A stretch of 64,000 bases of DNA from Cystobasidiomycetes sp. EMM_F5 (taxonomy: Eukaryota), in the NCBI GenBank assembly GCA_051047955.1, contig JBPGPT010000002.1, positions 310,001 through 374,000 of the forward strand, in the 5' to 3' direction. Below the pieces are notes generated by a model that did no database searches, was not told where the DNA came from, and was given only the letters and a program-made list of their open reading frames with translations. A program made the position numbers and the translations under genes. Numbering within the stretch: position 1 is the stretch's first letter; each line of letters begins with the position of its first letter. Positions 21,412 through 35,070 of this stretch are shown one piece after another.

Positions 21412-24400
21412 ATGTCGCAGGTCAACGGTCACAGCAGCGAGCAGCAAGCACAGTCTAGCAATGCTGCTGCTCGCACAAACGGCGCATCATCAGCTGGCGG
21501 AGACGACTACTCGGCTCAGCATGAAGCCGTAAAGCACTTTATTGGTGAGTATAGCTCAAAGCCATTCATACAGCAAGAAGTGCGCAGGTCTGTGATACAG
21601 CACATTGCGACTGCGCTTCGCAGACCTTCATCTGTCGTCTCAGTGCCGTCTGCACCAAAAGTTGGGGAAGATGCGATCGGCTGGGCTGAGACGTATCGAA
21701 GAGCTGGCCAATACAGAGCACTGCTGTGCCGTCTAGTATGTTCTTGTACTGATAATCCCTGTCTCTTGCATAGGCGGCAATTCCCTGGCCAACGCTGCGC
21801 CAAGCAAAGTCGCAGATTTCGTTAGAGCTAGAGAGGGCCACACCGTCATCACAAAGGTATCTGGACGTGGCATGTAGATTCACGTCTACATCATGCTGAC
21901 TTTGACACCCTCTTTTCCCGCTAGGTTCTCATCGCCAACAATGGTATCGCGTACGGCCGTTCTCTCCAGCATGTAGCTGATCCAAGCTAACTCTGCGCAA
22001 TCCGTCTATAGGGCTGTCAAGTTTATCCGCTCAGTACGCAAGTGGGCATACGAAACCTTCGGAGATGAGCGAGCCATCTCAATCACCGTCATGGCGACGC
22101 CTGAAGATTTGCGAGTCAATGCCGACTTTATCAGAATGGCAGACCAGTATCTCGAAGTGCCTGCTGGTTCAAACAACAACGTACGTGACGAAAAGTTTGA
22201 ACTTGTGGTCCTGCGCTAATCCTGTCTGATGATTCATGCAGAACTATGCAAACGTAGATGTCATTGTCGACTGTGCAGAGCGTGCGGGTGTACATGCCGT
22301 CTGGGCAGGGTGGGGACACGCGTCCGAAAATCCACGCCTCCCCGAAACGCTCGCAAAATGCAAGATCATCTTCATCGGACCACCCGGATCCGCTATGCGC
22401 TCGCTCGGAGACAAGATCTCTTCGACTATCGTAGCTCAGCATGCCAAAGTACCATGCATGGCGTGGTCGGGTACAGGTATCACAGACACGCAAATGAGCC
22501 CGCAGGGTTTCGTTGAAGTACCTGAAGATGCGTATCTGAAAGCCTGCGTCCGCTCGGCATCTGAAGGCCTCGAAAAGTCGAGGACTATCGGTTTCCCAGT
22601 CATGATCAAGGCGTCCGAAGGAGGTGGTGGTAAAGGTATCCGCAAAGTCGAGTCTGAACAGGCTTTCGCCCAAGCCTTCAAGGCAGTCGAATCCGAAGTG
22701 CCTGGTTCGCCCATCTTTGTTATGAAGCTGGCAGGTGCAGCCCGGCATTTGGAAGTACAGGTTATTGCGGATCAGTACGGCAACGCTATCTCGCTCTTTG
22801 GTCGTGACTGCTCTGTGCAACGACGACACCAGAAGATCATCGAAGAAGCGCCAGTCACGGTCGCAAATCAAGAGACATTCTCGCATATGGAAAAGTCTGC
22901 TGTTCGTCTCGCCAAACTCGTCGGCTACGTTTCTGCAGGAACAGTAGAGTACCTCTACTCGCCTGCAGACCAAGCGTACTACTTCCTCGAACTTAATCCC
23001 CGTCTTCAGGTTGAGCATCCTACCACGGAAATGGTGTCAGGCGTCAATTTGCCAGCGACTCAGCTTCAAGTTGCTATGGGTATCCCACTTTACCGTATCC
23101 GAGACATTCGAACCCTTTACGGTGTATCGCCTCACGATGCTACCAAGATTGACTTTGATTTCGATGACCCTGCTTCGAGCGCTACTCAACGCCGGCCGTC
23201 TCCGAAAGGGCACGTTGTTGCCGTCCGAATCACCGCTGAGAACCCTGATGCGGGTTTCAAGCCGTCTTCGGGTACTCTTCAAGAACTGAATTTCAGGTCT
23301 TCTACGAATGTCTGGGGTTACTTCTCCGTAGCCGCTGCTGGTGGTCTGCACGAATTTGCAGACTCGCAATTCGGGCACATTTTCGCTTATGGCGCAGACC
23401 GATCCGAATCGCGAAAGAACATGGTGGTCGCTCTGAAGGAGCTGTCCATTCGAGGTGATTTTAGACATACGACAGAATATCTCATTAAATTGCTCGAATT
23501 CAAGGCCTTCGAGGAGAACACTATCACAACTGGTTGGTTGGACTCGCTCATTTCAGAGCGACTTACCGCCGAGCGACCAGACTCGACGCTAGCCGTTATC
23601 TGCGGTGCTATCACAAAAGCTCATCTTTTGTCCGACGCGTGCGTCGAGGAGTTCAAGACTGTCTTGCAGAAGGGTCAAGTACCTCCGAAGGAACTGCTCA
23701 AGACAGTCTTCAGCATCGGTGCGTGTGAGAACGATATAGTAAGATACAGCGAGCTAATAGATCGTTGCTCGGAATGTTAGACTTCATTTACGAGGGCAGC
23801 AAGTATGCTACCACCGTCACTCGATCCTCTCCTACGATGTGGACTTTGTACCTGAATGGTGGAAAGACGCATGCTGGAGCATTGCCTTTAGCAGATGGAG
23901 GCTTGCTCGTCCTACTCGATGGCAAGTCTCATGCGGTATACTGGCGTCAAGAAGTCGGAACTCTTCGTGTCATGATTGACAATAAGACATGTCTCATCGA
24001 GCAGGAAAGTGATCCCACACAGCTTCGCTCGCCAAGTCCAGGCAAGCTTGTTCGCTTCTTGGTCGAGTCAGGTGACCACATCAAGGCTGGCGAAGCCTAT
24101 GCCGAAATCGAAGTAAGCCGATTCCGTGCGTGCATAGAGCCCGAGTGCTGAAACTTTGCACGTTACAGGTCATGAAGATGATTATGTCGCTTATCGCGAC
24201 CGAGGATGGTATACCTCAATTCGTCAAACAGCCGGGAGTCACGCTGGAAGCTGGTGACATTCTCGGTATTCTGACGCTTGACGACCCTAGCCGAGTACAA
24301 CACGCGAAGCCTTTCTCAGGACTGTTGCCTTCCATGGGCCTACCTAATCCTATCGGTTCCAAGCCGCATCAACGCTTTGCATACTGCAACAGCATCTTGC

Positions 24401-27400
24401 GTGACATCTTGGATGGCTATGATAATCAGAGCCAGATGCAGTCGACTCTGAAAGAGCTGATCCAGGTGTTACGAGACCCGGAATTGCCATACTCGGAAGC
24501 CTTCGCAGTCCTGTCAACGCTTTCAGGACGACTGCCCGCTAAACTGGAGGCGACCATCCGCCAACACCTCGACGCTGCCCATAGCAAGAATGGCGAATTT
24601 CCTTCACCAAGACTCAACCGTGCCATTGAGAACTATGTTGCGGAGAATTTACGCTCTGGCGAGATTGCTGCTTTCCGTACATCCACAGCAGCCTTGCAAG
24701 ATATCATCAACCGCTACATGTCTGGCCTTAAAGCGCACGAGTGGTCGACGCTCGCAGGATACTTACAGTACTATTACGACACAGAAATCATTTTCTCCGG
24801 AAAAGACGCAGATGTGGTTCTCGAGCTTCGGGACCAGAATCGCGATCACCTCGAGAAGGTTGTTACAATGGTCCTGTCGCATTCGAAAGCAGCCAGCAAA
24901 AGCAATTTGATCAATGCCATTCTCGATATTGTACAAAGCATCGCGTCCCTGTCTGCTGTCGAGGCAAACTTTGCAGCTGTTTTGCAAAAACTCGCTGATT
25001 TAGACAGCAAGTCTACGCAAAAGGCCGCACATAAGGCTCGAGAAGTTCTGATCCGCTCGCAATTACCATCTTTGGAGGAGCGAGAGGTTCAGATGGAGCA
25101 GATCCTTCGTAATTCGACACTGGCTACCGGGTATGGTGAAGTCAAGCGCGCTGGGCGCGCACCCGATGTCGCTCTGCTTCAGGAGCTCATCGAGTCTCGC
25201 TACACCGTGTTCGACGTTTTACCATCATTCTTCCAGCACAACGACAGCGGTATCTCATCCGCTGCGTTAGAAGTATACGTTCGACGAGCTTACAAGGCTT
25301 ACAATCTGCTCAACGTTGATTACCAAGAGCGAGACGCTGCGGACGAAGAACCGCTAGCTATCCAGTGGTCATTCCAGGTTCAGCAGACCACTTCTCCCCC
25401 GCCTACCCCTCGCACTCCAGCTACTGGCTTGAAGCAGCGACAAGCTTCCTTCTCCGATTTGACATTTGCGCTAGAGAATGTATCAAATCAGCAGGAGCCA
25501 GTAAGATTCGGTGCAATGTTTGCGGCGTCAACTGTAGCGGACATCGAGCGAGACTTTCCGCATGTTCTCAAGCTACTTCCAGTCGCCGATCAATTGACGG
25601 TCAGTGACGAGCGCAAGAATGTCTTGAACGTAGCACTGGTCTTGGGCAAGGACGAGCAGAAGGACGTGAGCGACGAAAGATGGCATGAGACATTCTCTCA
25701 AATCGCAACGAAACATCTTGCGGCCCTCGAGAAACGTTCCATGCGCCGAATCTCATTCTTAATCTGCAGACCAGGCACTTACCCATCGTACTTTACCTTA
25801 CGAAAGAGCGAAGCCAAATGGCAGGAGCTTTCGCAGATCCGCAATATCGAGCCTGCTTTGGCTTACCAGCTCGAGCTGAGTCGCTTGTCGAATTTCAATA
25901 TCACACCCTGTTACACCGAAAACAGGCAGATCCATGTGTACTACGCAGTTGGAAAGGAAAATCCTGCTGATTGCCGATTCTTCGTACGCGGCATTGTACG
26001 ACCGGGCCGCCTTCGTGGCAGCATGCGTACATCCGATTACATCATCTCCGAGACTGACCGCTTGATACAAGATGTCTTGAACACGCTGGAAGTAACGAGC
26101 GCCAATTACCGCACAGCGGACGTCAATTCTATCTTCCTCAACTTCATCTACCCGCTCCATGTGGATTACGACGAGATCCAGCAAGCGCTCGCTGGGTTTA
26201 TTGAACGTCACGGAAAGCGGTTGTGGCGACTGCGTGTCACTAGCTCCGAGATCCGCTTCGTACTCGAAGACGAGCAGGGACACCAGCAACCCATCCGCAC
26301 CATAATCGAGAACGTGTCTGGCTTTGTAGTCAAATATGAAGCCTACCGTGAAGTAAAAGGAGAGAAGGGTAAAACTATCCTGAAGTCAATCGGTCAACAG
26401 GGAGCCAAGCATCTACAACCAGTCAATGCACCATATCCTACAAAGGAATGGCTTCAGCCAAAGCGTTACAAGGCGCACGTTGTTGGAACGACATATGTGT
26501 ACGACTTCCCCGATTTGTTCCGACAGGCTCTGCGTCGTGCCTGGAAGAGCGCTTCCGAAATCAACTCCAGCACAGTCAGTGCACCGTCAGATCCGCTTAC
26601 TGCCGTCGAGCTGGTTTTGGACGACGTTGGCGAGATTCACGAAGTGCCACGAGCGCCCGGCAGCAATACGATCGGCATGGTGGGATGGGTATACACCCTC
26701 TTCACGCCCGAGTATCCTACCGGTCGCAAAGTAGTTGTACTTGCCAACGATATCACGTTCAAGATTGGATCCTTTGGTCCCGAAGAGGACTACTTCTTCT
26801 ACAAGGTCACACAATTTGCTCGTGCGCAAGGCCTGCCTCGAATCTATCTCTCCGCAAACTCCGGTGCCCGGCTTGGTATCGCTGATGAAGTGGTCGATCT
26901 CTTCAGCGTCGGGTGGACAGAAGACACTACGCCTGAAAAAGGCTTCTCTTACCTGTATCTCACGCCCGCAAATTTGGGCGCTCTCAAGGCGAAGGGCGAG
27001 ACCAGCGTCATTACGCAGAAGACGCAGGTCGGCGAAGAGATTCGATACGTTATTACAGACATTGTTGGACTGCAAGACGGTCTCGGCGTAGAGAGCTTGA
27101 AGGGCTCCGGTCTCATCGCAGGCGAGACTTCGCGAGCATACGACGATATCTTCACCATTACTTTAGTGACGTGCCGATCAGTGGGTATCGGTGCCTATCT
27201 CGTCCGCCTCGGTCAGAGAGCTGTCCAAGTTGAAGGACAGCCTATCATCCTTACCGGCGCCAACGCACTCAACAAGGTTCTGGGCAGAGAGGTTTACTCG
27301 TCAAATCTGCAACTCGGTGGCACTCAGATCATGTACAAGAACGGTGTCTCCCATCTGACTGCTGCGAATGATCTGGAAGGTGTGCTGAGTATTGTCAACT

Positions 27401-28795
27401 GGCTCAGCTTCGTGCCTGCCACACGCGGCTCCCCGCTGGCTATTGCTCCCTCGGCAGATCCTATCAGCCGCAACATTGAGTTTACACCGCCAAAGGGACC
27501 TTACGATCCTCGCTGGCTCGTATGTGGTAAGCAGGACGAGGCGGAGAACCGTTTGCTGTCTGGTTTCTTCGACAAGGGTTCATTCCAAGAAACGCTGTCC
27601 GGATGGGCGCAGACTGTAGTCACTGGTCGCGCACGTCTCGGGGGTATCCCAATGGGTGTCATTGCCGTGGAAACGCGGACAATCGAACGAATCGTTCCAG
27701 CGGATCCTGCCAACCCTACATCGCAGGAACAGCGCATCATGGAAGCTGGTCAAGTCTGGTATCCCAACTCTGCCTTCAAGACTGCTCAAGCCATCTTTGA
27801 CTTTAATCGAGAAGGACTGCCTTTGATCATCTTTGCAAATTGGAGAGGGTTCTCCGGTGGTCAGCAGGATATGTTTGACGAGGTCCTCAAACGGTGCGTC
27901 TCCAGTCACAGCATTGTGAGAGCTTCTGATTGCTAATTGATTGTGCTTTCCAGCGGTTCGCTCATCGTCGATGGTCTGTCGTCGTACAAGTCGCCAGCTT
28001 TCGTATACATCGTGCCCAATGGTGAACTTCGCGGTGGTGCATGGGTCGTACTGGATCCATCAATCAACGACAATGGCATGATGGAGATGTATGCCGACAC
28101 AACATCACGCGCTGGTGTGCTCGAGCCAGAGGGTATCGTCGAGATCAAGTTCCGCAAGGCAAAGGTATTGCAGATGATGGAGCGCCTCGACGACAAGTAT
28201 CGACAACTCAAAGCGGCCTCTGCCGACAGCAGTCTATCTGCTGAAGCAGCATCAAAGGCCAAGGCTGATCTGGCAAGCCGAGAGAAACTTCTCACACCCA
28301 CCTACAGCCAGATTGCTTTGCAATTTGCTGACCTGCACGACCGAGCAAACCGCATGAAGGCAAAGGGCACTATTCGAGAAGCGCTAGAGTGGACCAACAG
28401 TCGGACATACTTTTACTGGCGTCTCCGCCGTCGTCTGGCGGAGGAGAGTGTGGTCAGCTCGCTCATCAAGGCTGATGCGAGCCTGACGAGACAGAAAGCT
28501 ACGAGGGTATTGCGGTCCATCGTCTCCGCTGACGAGGCCGACGAATCGGCCGCTAACGCGTTAGAGAGGCAGCATGCCGAGGTCATCAAGACGCGCGTCA
28601 GCGACGTCAGACGTAGCAAAGTTGCAGCCGATGTTGCAAAATTGGCTTCGACAGACCGCGCTGCACTCCTACAAGGCCTGCGAGCGGCATTTGGCGATTC
28701 CGTAGAGTTGCAGAATGTGGGTCGTGACTATTTATTCGAAGCTGATACGCCTTCTGATGTACCTGTCTAAGCAGGCACTTGCAAAACTGGCGTGA
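21412..28795 (+). CDS. ACC1: Acetyl-CoA carboxylase (biotin carboxylase, BCCP and carboxyltransferase domains), multi-exon
   Basis: [52 protein letters not shown], biotin motif AEIE|VMKM split by an intron, [49 protein letters not shown]. The last exon is ALAKLA*. Confidence 0.99.
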
Positions 28796-29189
28796 TGCGT
28801 CTGAAATAGAAATGAAGGGGCGCAATACAGAAAGGCCTCACTTGCAATGTCCGAGATAGCGACTCTGGCAGCAATGGTACAACATTGAAAAACGCACACA
28901 CGGTTGGATAAACAAATGATATCGGCCTGCGGCATAAGGTCATTCGCGAAAGCTTCTCCGCTAATGCGTTGTAATTTTGAAGTGTACCGAGTAGTAAGGA
29001 TGATGAAACAGCTGAGTGAGGTTCAATGAGGTCATGATGAGTGTATCTGTTGCGTCGTAAGTATTCCTCTGGCGTTAGTGGAGTCTGTCATGTCGCGTTT
29101 CGCTCGAAATTGGCTGAAAGTTTACAGGGTTCATCGTGCGACTACACCAGACTCGCGACCAGAAACTGCGCCAACACTGAGCAGCAGCC

Positions 29190-32100
29190 ATGGCGGACAC
29201 CCATACCCGCCGATATCTGCAGGCGCTGCTGGTGCCCGCTGGACTGGCGACTCCGCTGACGGCACCAGCAGCAGCAGCCTCAGCGTCACCAGCATCATCA
29301 TCACTGAAAAACGAGAAGAGCGCTGGGCAGGCCGCTGTGCAGTCTGATGGAGGCTCGTCGAGTGTGGGAGTGACTGCAGCGTCTGATGAAAGCAGATCCG
29401 ATATCGCTGGCAGCAGTCGCAGTGACGGACGTGATATCGCGACTGGCGGCAGCGGGAGTGGCAGCACAAACAACGACACGCTCAGCCAGGAAAGAGCAAT
29501 GGACGCGACAGTCAACGCTGCGGATATTGAAGCTCGGTGAGTAGGATATAATGGCTATACCATACTCGAAAGGGTGTACGCTGAATCGCCAAGGCATTGG
29601 TCGATGGGTCTCAAACAGGATATCAAAGGTGGTAGACCTGCTCAAGGATACAGATATACCAGAGGAAGACAAGCCAGACGCGCTCAAGTCCCTGCTGGCC
29701 CAAGTTGTCGTTGGCACTTTATCCGTCAGCCGGTCCAAGTTGTGCACACAACGCGACATTGACTGATTGTGTGGTCGCTCCATGTAATCAGAGTAACATT
29801 GACCTGGACGCGGCAGTCCTGGGGCTCCTTCACCGCCATAGAGAAGATGTTCAGCCCACAGGTCAGACATTTTCTCCGTCTCAGCTTCCAAAGCAGCCTG
29901 GCACATTGTCGAGGTCGTCCTCCTTCCGGCGCAACCTCACGCCCACATCAGCGTCTTCGCTGGTAATGAAGCGTGCTGCAACGATGACGCCCACGCGTCC
30001 AATTTCTCCAAGCCCCTTGCGCGCTCAGTCGCCATCACTGTATCACCAGCAACGGGTCAAAGAATCCGAACATATCAGTCACGCCCATTCGCACATTCAG
30101 GATAGTTCCGCAAGCAGTACTGCAGGATCTTCTGCCCCTTCTTCGCCATTCGGATCACCACGATTTCTCAACGCAACAGCTACATCCTTCAAGCCAAGCG
30201 CCGCAGCGGCAGAGTTCAAGCCTTCTCTCGGCGGTCCAGCAACGCCGTCTGCCATTCCGGCGTCTTCACGCATGGCATTACAGCTACCGGAATCGCGCAT
30301 GGAACGCCTTCGATCCATATCGCCCATCGGTACTCCAGTCACGGAAAGTCCTACCCTGTGGGCGTTCAATAGCTCGCCTCTAGGTACTCCAAAATTTGTT
30401 GCTGCGTCTCCGGCTTACTCTGGTCAGAACGGAAGCTATTTTCCAGGCTCGACGACTGTACAATCATCTACATCACGACCAATCCCCAGCGACCCGTGGA
30501 CTTCGGCCTCAGATACACTAACAGCACCTACGTCAACAACCCCGGGATTCTCCCATTCCGCTTCCACAGCTTCCAGCGAAAGTTCGCACGAAGAAGCCGC
30601 TTTCGACCCTTTTGCGGAACAGCAGCAACTTAGCACGGGCAAGAATCAGATTCTGTCTGATGAGGATGAGGATGAATGGGGTATACCGTCAGATCCGTAT
30701 GGAGCCTCGTTACGCAGAGACAGCGAGACGTCTCCATCATCTTCTCACCCCAGTCTACGTATTATTCCAGATGATGACGATGATGACGATGACGACTTGC
30801 AGATTCTAAACTTCAAGAATGGTCAACTCGTCCCTGATGACCTTCGGATAATTGAACCGCCTTCTAACGAACGTCCCGTTTTTGATGAGCAGTATATACC
30901 GCAATCAACATCGCAATATTCTCAGCTGCCACAGCCTATGGCCTCCCCGGGTCTTCTGACGCCCTCTACTTCGGTGTTTACAGAAAGCAGCAGTCCGACA
31001 GGCCTCGGCGCCAGTTCGAGCAACTATATAATGACACCTTTCGACGTGCTGTGTTCGATCTTTGCTGGAAGTGACGTCTCACCAGCCGACCTAGAAGAGG
31101 CTCTAAATGTCAACGGCTGGGACGTTGATCGAAGTATGGAATGGATCATCAATAATCCGAGGATCCACCCTACTCCGTCTACGTCGCAGCTAAACGAACC
31201 GTACGACGGTGCCGGACGGTCCTTGTCAATGCTAGATATCTCAGACCCGATGCAGCGTAGTATGTCGGGCTCTTCCCCACCCAGTCGCGCTCGTACACCC
31301 AATATAGGTCATGCCGGATCTGGCTCCCGCCCATTGGTCGTTTCTCGCGAGTCCTTCAACCGTCAGTATGCAAGTCGTGGTGGGGCGAGAGGTGGTCATG
31401 GCGACCATCGGCCGCGGACACCCGGCGGTCGCTCAGACTATGGTAACACGTCTGCAGATTCCGCCTACAACGAGCGGGGATCGCCGTCGACGAGATTATG
31501 TAAATACTTCATGCAAGGTAATTGCCTCAGAAGCGATTGTCGCTTCTCGCACGATCTCGGAAAGGCAGTTTGCAAGTAAGGATTTGGTATGCGTTTCGTG
31601 ATTGTCTGCAACCACTGACAGGGTTTGACGACTTGCAGATTTTGGCTACGCGGACATTGTTTGAAAGGAGAAGGGCGATGCGAATTCCTGCATAGCGTGC
31701 CGCCTCACCTGGCGCAGGATGTCGCACAGTTGCGCATGAAGGCATTGCAAGACCGTGATCGCGAGAAAGCTCGACTCTTAGGTCGGGGCGGCGATGACGA
31801 GGATGATGCTAGTAGCCGGGCGGAGGAGGACTTTCCGAGTTTAGCAGCAGCTTCAGCATCCTTACAGGCGCGAAGCTCTGCAGTCAAAGATCCAGCTACG
31901 TCGAGATGGGCTGGCATCGTCAAGAGTGGCCGACCTATAACACCCACTGTTCCAGTCAACAGCAGGCCTTCTCTGCCAAGATCGCCTTCGGGTTCATCAT
32001 TACGTGGTGGCCTTCCTCGAGAAAGATCTGCTCCTTATTCTCAACCTCGCCAAAGCGCGCGTTTGGCGCTCAGGCCTCCTCGACTGTTACCTACTATTAC

Positions 32101-32874
32101 GACAGGTGCCGCCGTCGCCAAACTATACGAACAGTATCGGGACAGCTTCTTCGAGTATGGGAATGCACGAAACAAATGTCTGGTCAAGGCGTCACACTGC
32201 TGGAAGTCTGGAGATGGCGCCGGAGCGCGCAGGTGGAGTAGCGAAGCCCAAGACTGGAACAAACAAATTGCGCGGGCCGGGTCCTCAGCAGCTCGTAATA
32301 TTGTAAGAGAGCGCAAATACGCTCTGCGAGAAGCAGTCATGTCCAACGGTATGCGACCTGGGTCTGTCGACGAGAGCGCCGATCGGCAATACCGAGGTCA
32401 AGAGTGTGGTGCAGGTCTCGGTGTCTGCTTGGGAGTTGCCGCTGCTAGCGAAGCTCTGGGACCCGAGGCTACTAGATTGTCCGCGTCAGAACGCACAGAA
32501 GTTGCCCTTGACCTCCGTACGTCCATGAACTCGCACAAATCACCCACTTGTTACTGACGTGCCCACCTCTCTAGATGGCTTACACGCAGACGAGGCGTTG
32601 GACCTGCTGGAGAAGTTCCTCCTTGGCATCGCTGGCGAGAACACCATGAGAGGATTAGCTTACGTTGTGGTAGGGCAAGAAAGGCATACTGGCACAGCGG
32701 ATCCGGCGAGAGGATCTCGTAAAGTACGCTTGGCAGATGCGGTGGGCACCTGGTTGGACAGCTTCAATTATGTAGGTTTGACCTTGCTGTTCCATCGCAC
32801 AAGCTAACATTACTGTCTGGATTCACCAGGCATTTTGGCTTACGAACGGCATTTACGCGATAGATCCGTACTGA
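29190..32874 (+). CDS. PAM2 + CUE-like + two CCCH zinc fingers + DUF1771-like + Smr domain protein, multi-exon
   Basis: LNATATSFKPSAAAAEFKP (PAM2-like), MTPFDVLCSIF...LEEALNVNGWDVDRSMEW (CUE-like), CKYFMQGNCLRSDCRFSH and CKFWLRGHCLKGEGRCEFLH, RNKCLVKASHCWKSGDGAGARRWS, and Smr start DL|HGLHADEA...YVVVGQERH. Confidence 0.9.
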
Positions 32875-33151
32875 GATATGCACACATCCGCAAAACACGA
32901 AATGCAAATCGTCACCGATACTGTCGTGTGAATGTCCTGTTACGCAAACTAACAGTAATCATTACGTGGCCATGTATCAAATAGAATAATAGCATTCGAA
33001 AACGTAGAGTAAAGGCCGTAACAGCCAATTCCACCATGCCTATGACAAATCACGTTTATTCCTTTTCTCTACATCCATATTGAGACCTTGTCACTCCGTA
33101 TACACGAGTGTCAGACCATCTAGGCTAATATGCCCGCCTATGGGGAAGGTC

Positions 33152-34464
33152 TTACACAGCATCATCAAAACACCTAAACCGCACTTCGGGCGTATCTTTG
33201 TCGCTCAGGAACACGAGTTCGGGCGTAGACGAAGGCTGTCGCAATTTTGGCGACGTTCGGCGCGTATCACTTGATTGGCCACCGAAGCCGCGCGGGACGC
33301 CTGGTGTGACATAGACCGTATCAACAAAGCTCTTGTTTCCGATGCCGAATGATCCAGCGCTCGTCCCTCTTGCTGTGTGTAAGTCGTCTGCTACTATACG
33401 CAAGTGCAGAAGAATCCGGCATGCCGAGATGGCAGTGATAGCAGTGCTGAGTGGTGCGAGTAGACTGCCATTGCGGGTTGGTGGACTGGTCAGGTAGAAA
33501 ATCTGGATTGGTCACACTCAGCAATTTTACACTGTACACAGTCCTGTGGCACCATGTACTCACCATATTGGCGAGCTGAGCAGCGGAATTTAGACAGAAG
33601 AAGAGGATCTGGTCCTGAATAAGGACTTTGACAAGAGTGCTCTTGCCGTTCTTCCATGTTGTCAGCGTCTTGAAGCCGATCAAAAGCAAAGCTGAAACAT
33701 CGAAGAAAACTACCACGGTGGAATATAGCCAATATTGAGAGTCACTAGCAATGAGGCTGTCGTGATATCAGCTTCGGCAAATAGTTATTCGTGGGAAACA
33801 CAACTAACGGTATGCATGCCGAAACGCCAGGGGGAGGAACGACATTCGGGGGAGAGACCCTAGCCGGCAGCCAAATTTGAGCGATGGGCTGAGGTAGGGC
33901 CAGAAGGCTGGGAACACTGTCAGCACTCGGACAATGATAATAAACATTACATCAAACTCACATGCACAATACCAGTATTGGCCGACTTTTTTCGTAGACT
34001 GCATAAATGCGAGCTATCATAATGATTGATGCAGCTGTTGACACGAATGCCGGTGCTATACCCATCATCCTGACAATATTTGAGCAGGCTTCCGAACTGT
34101 GAGGCTGTTTTCGGATCAAAATGTGAGAATATGCTTGATTTGCAATGAAACGAGCTCAGTGCACCCAGTACATAAGGTATAAAGGGACAACCAGGGTCAC
34201 GATTGTGAAATATCGTGTGACGAGGTATACAACCGTGATTGGTGACCACTTCTTACTCCAGATCATCGCATACTCCGACGGGAATGTACAGAGCATTTCC
34301 CACACATACACACCAAGGACCACTGTTGTAATTCAGTAAGCTACTGTATGGATCATCAGATAGTGACTCTTACCGCTCGTAAAGACTCGCGTCGGCTCGA
34401 GTATCGCCATGAAAGCCGCTGTGGCTGCCTGCAGCTGCTGGGCTTGGTCCATGGAGTACGACAT
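33152..34464 (-). CDS. DUF6533-like 7-TM membrane protein, paralog A (3' end uncertain, 33070-33152)
   Basis: MSYSMDQAQQ...VLGVYVWEMLCTFPSEYAMIWSKKWSPITVVYLVTRY...ACSN...IMIARIYAVYE...SACIP...FFDV...LVKVLIQDQILFF...CRILLHLR. Confidence 0.8.
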
Positions 34465-35070
34465 GGCCAGGACTGGTTGGGGTGAAGAAGGTCTCCTCCA
34501 TTACGACGTGCATCCTTGTGCAATCTCCGTGTCCACAGCCGAGTGCTCGCCTCGCGAATTACCGTAGGCCGAGCATCCTTTTGTTGCGGGTGGCTCGAAA
34601 TGGACACAAAACGGCCCAGCGTGATGCTTTACCCAAGTCGGTCTCCGGAATACGACGGCTGCTGCATATACCGTGCAGTCGACATAATGAGCTGTTGACA
34701 AAGCCGGCACTACAATATCAGCGGAGATGCGAAATTTTGCGGAGACCGAGAGCAACTTCGAACACGCTGTTTCTCGAAAGCTCGAGCTGTGTGTCGCAGC
34801 GAATATGTGCTTGATGAATGCTTCGCGGATGGTCAGGTAATTCTGCGACGAGTCTAGCAGGATACAAGTACTAACGCAAAAACAGCACATATTTGTCTCG
34901 ATATACAAGAACATAGAGAAGAACACTGATCCAAACTATGAGTATAGTCAGAAGCTGAATATTCTGATTCTGTAGAGTACATGAGCACTGTCCAATCTTC
35001 CAGCAGGCCGGAATCCTATTGACGAATGCTAGTGCAATCATTTGTACACATCATTCACCGAAGCACAAGG

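Noticed and set aside
21684..21760. TPP-riboswitch-like GCTGAGA and CTGATAAT words in ACC1 intron 1
   Set aside because: The P4/P5 sequence (CUUGAU...AUAAUACCAGCG) and P2 pairing are absent; CTGAT is better explained as the branch point.
22131..23018. 295-aa antisense ORF within ACC1 (and similar shadow ORFs over RPL4 and glycogen synthase)
   Set aside because: Expected by-product of codon bias in conserved genes; no independent coding signal.
28716..28795. Cryptic peroxisomal PTS1 in ACC1 (ends ...AKLA*; NAGNAG acceptor)
   Set aside because: AKL is not terminal, and neither alternative acceptor, alternative donor nor intron retention gives an SKL-type end.
28998..29117. Two ATGATGA (box C) words with CTGA between ACC1 and the Smr gene
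   Set aside because: No terminal stem, implausible C-D' spacing and no recognised rRNA antisense element.
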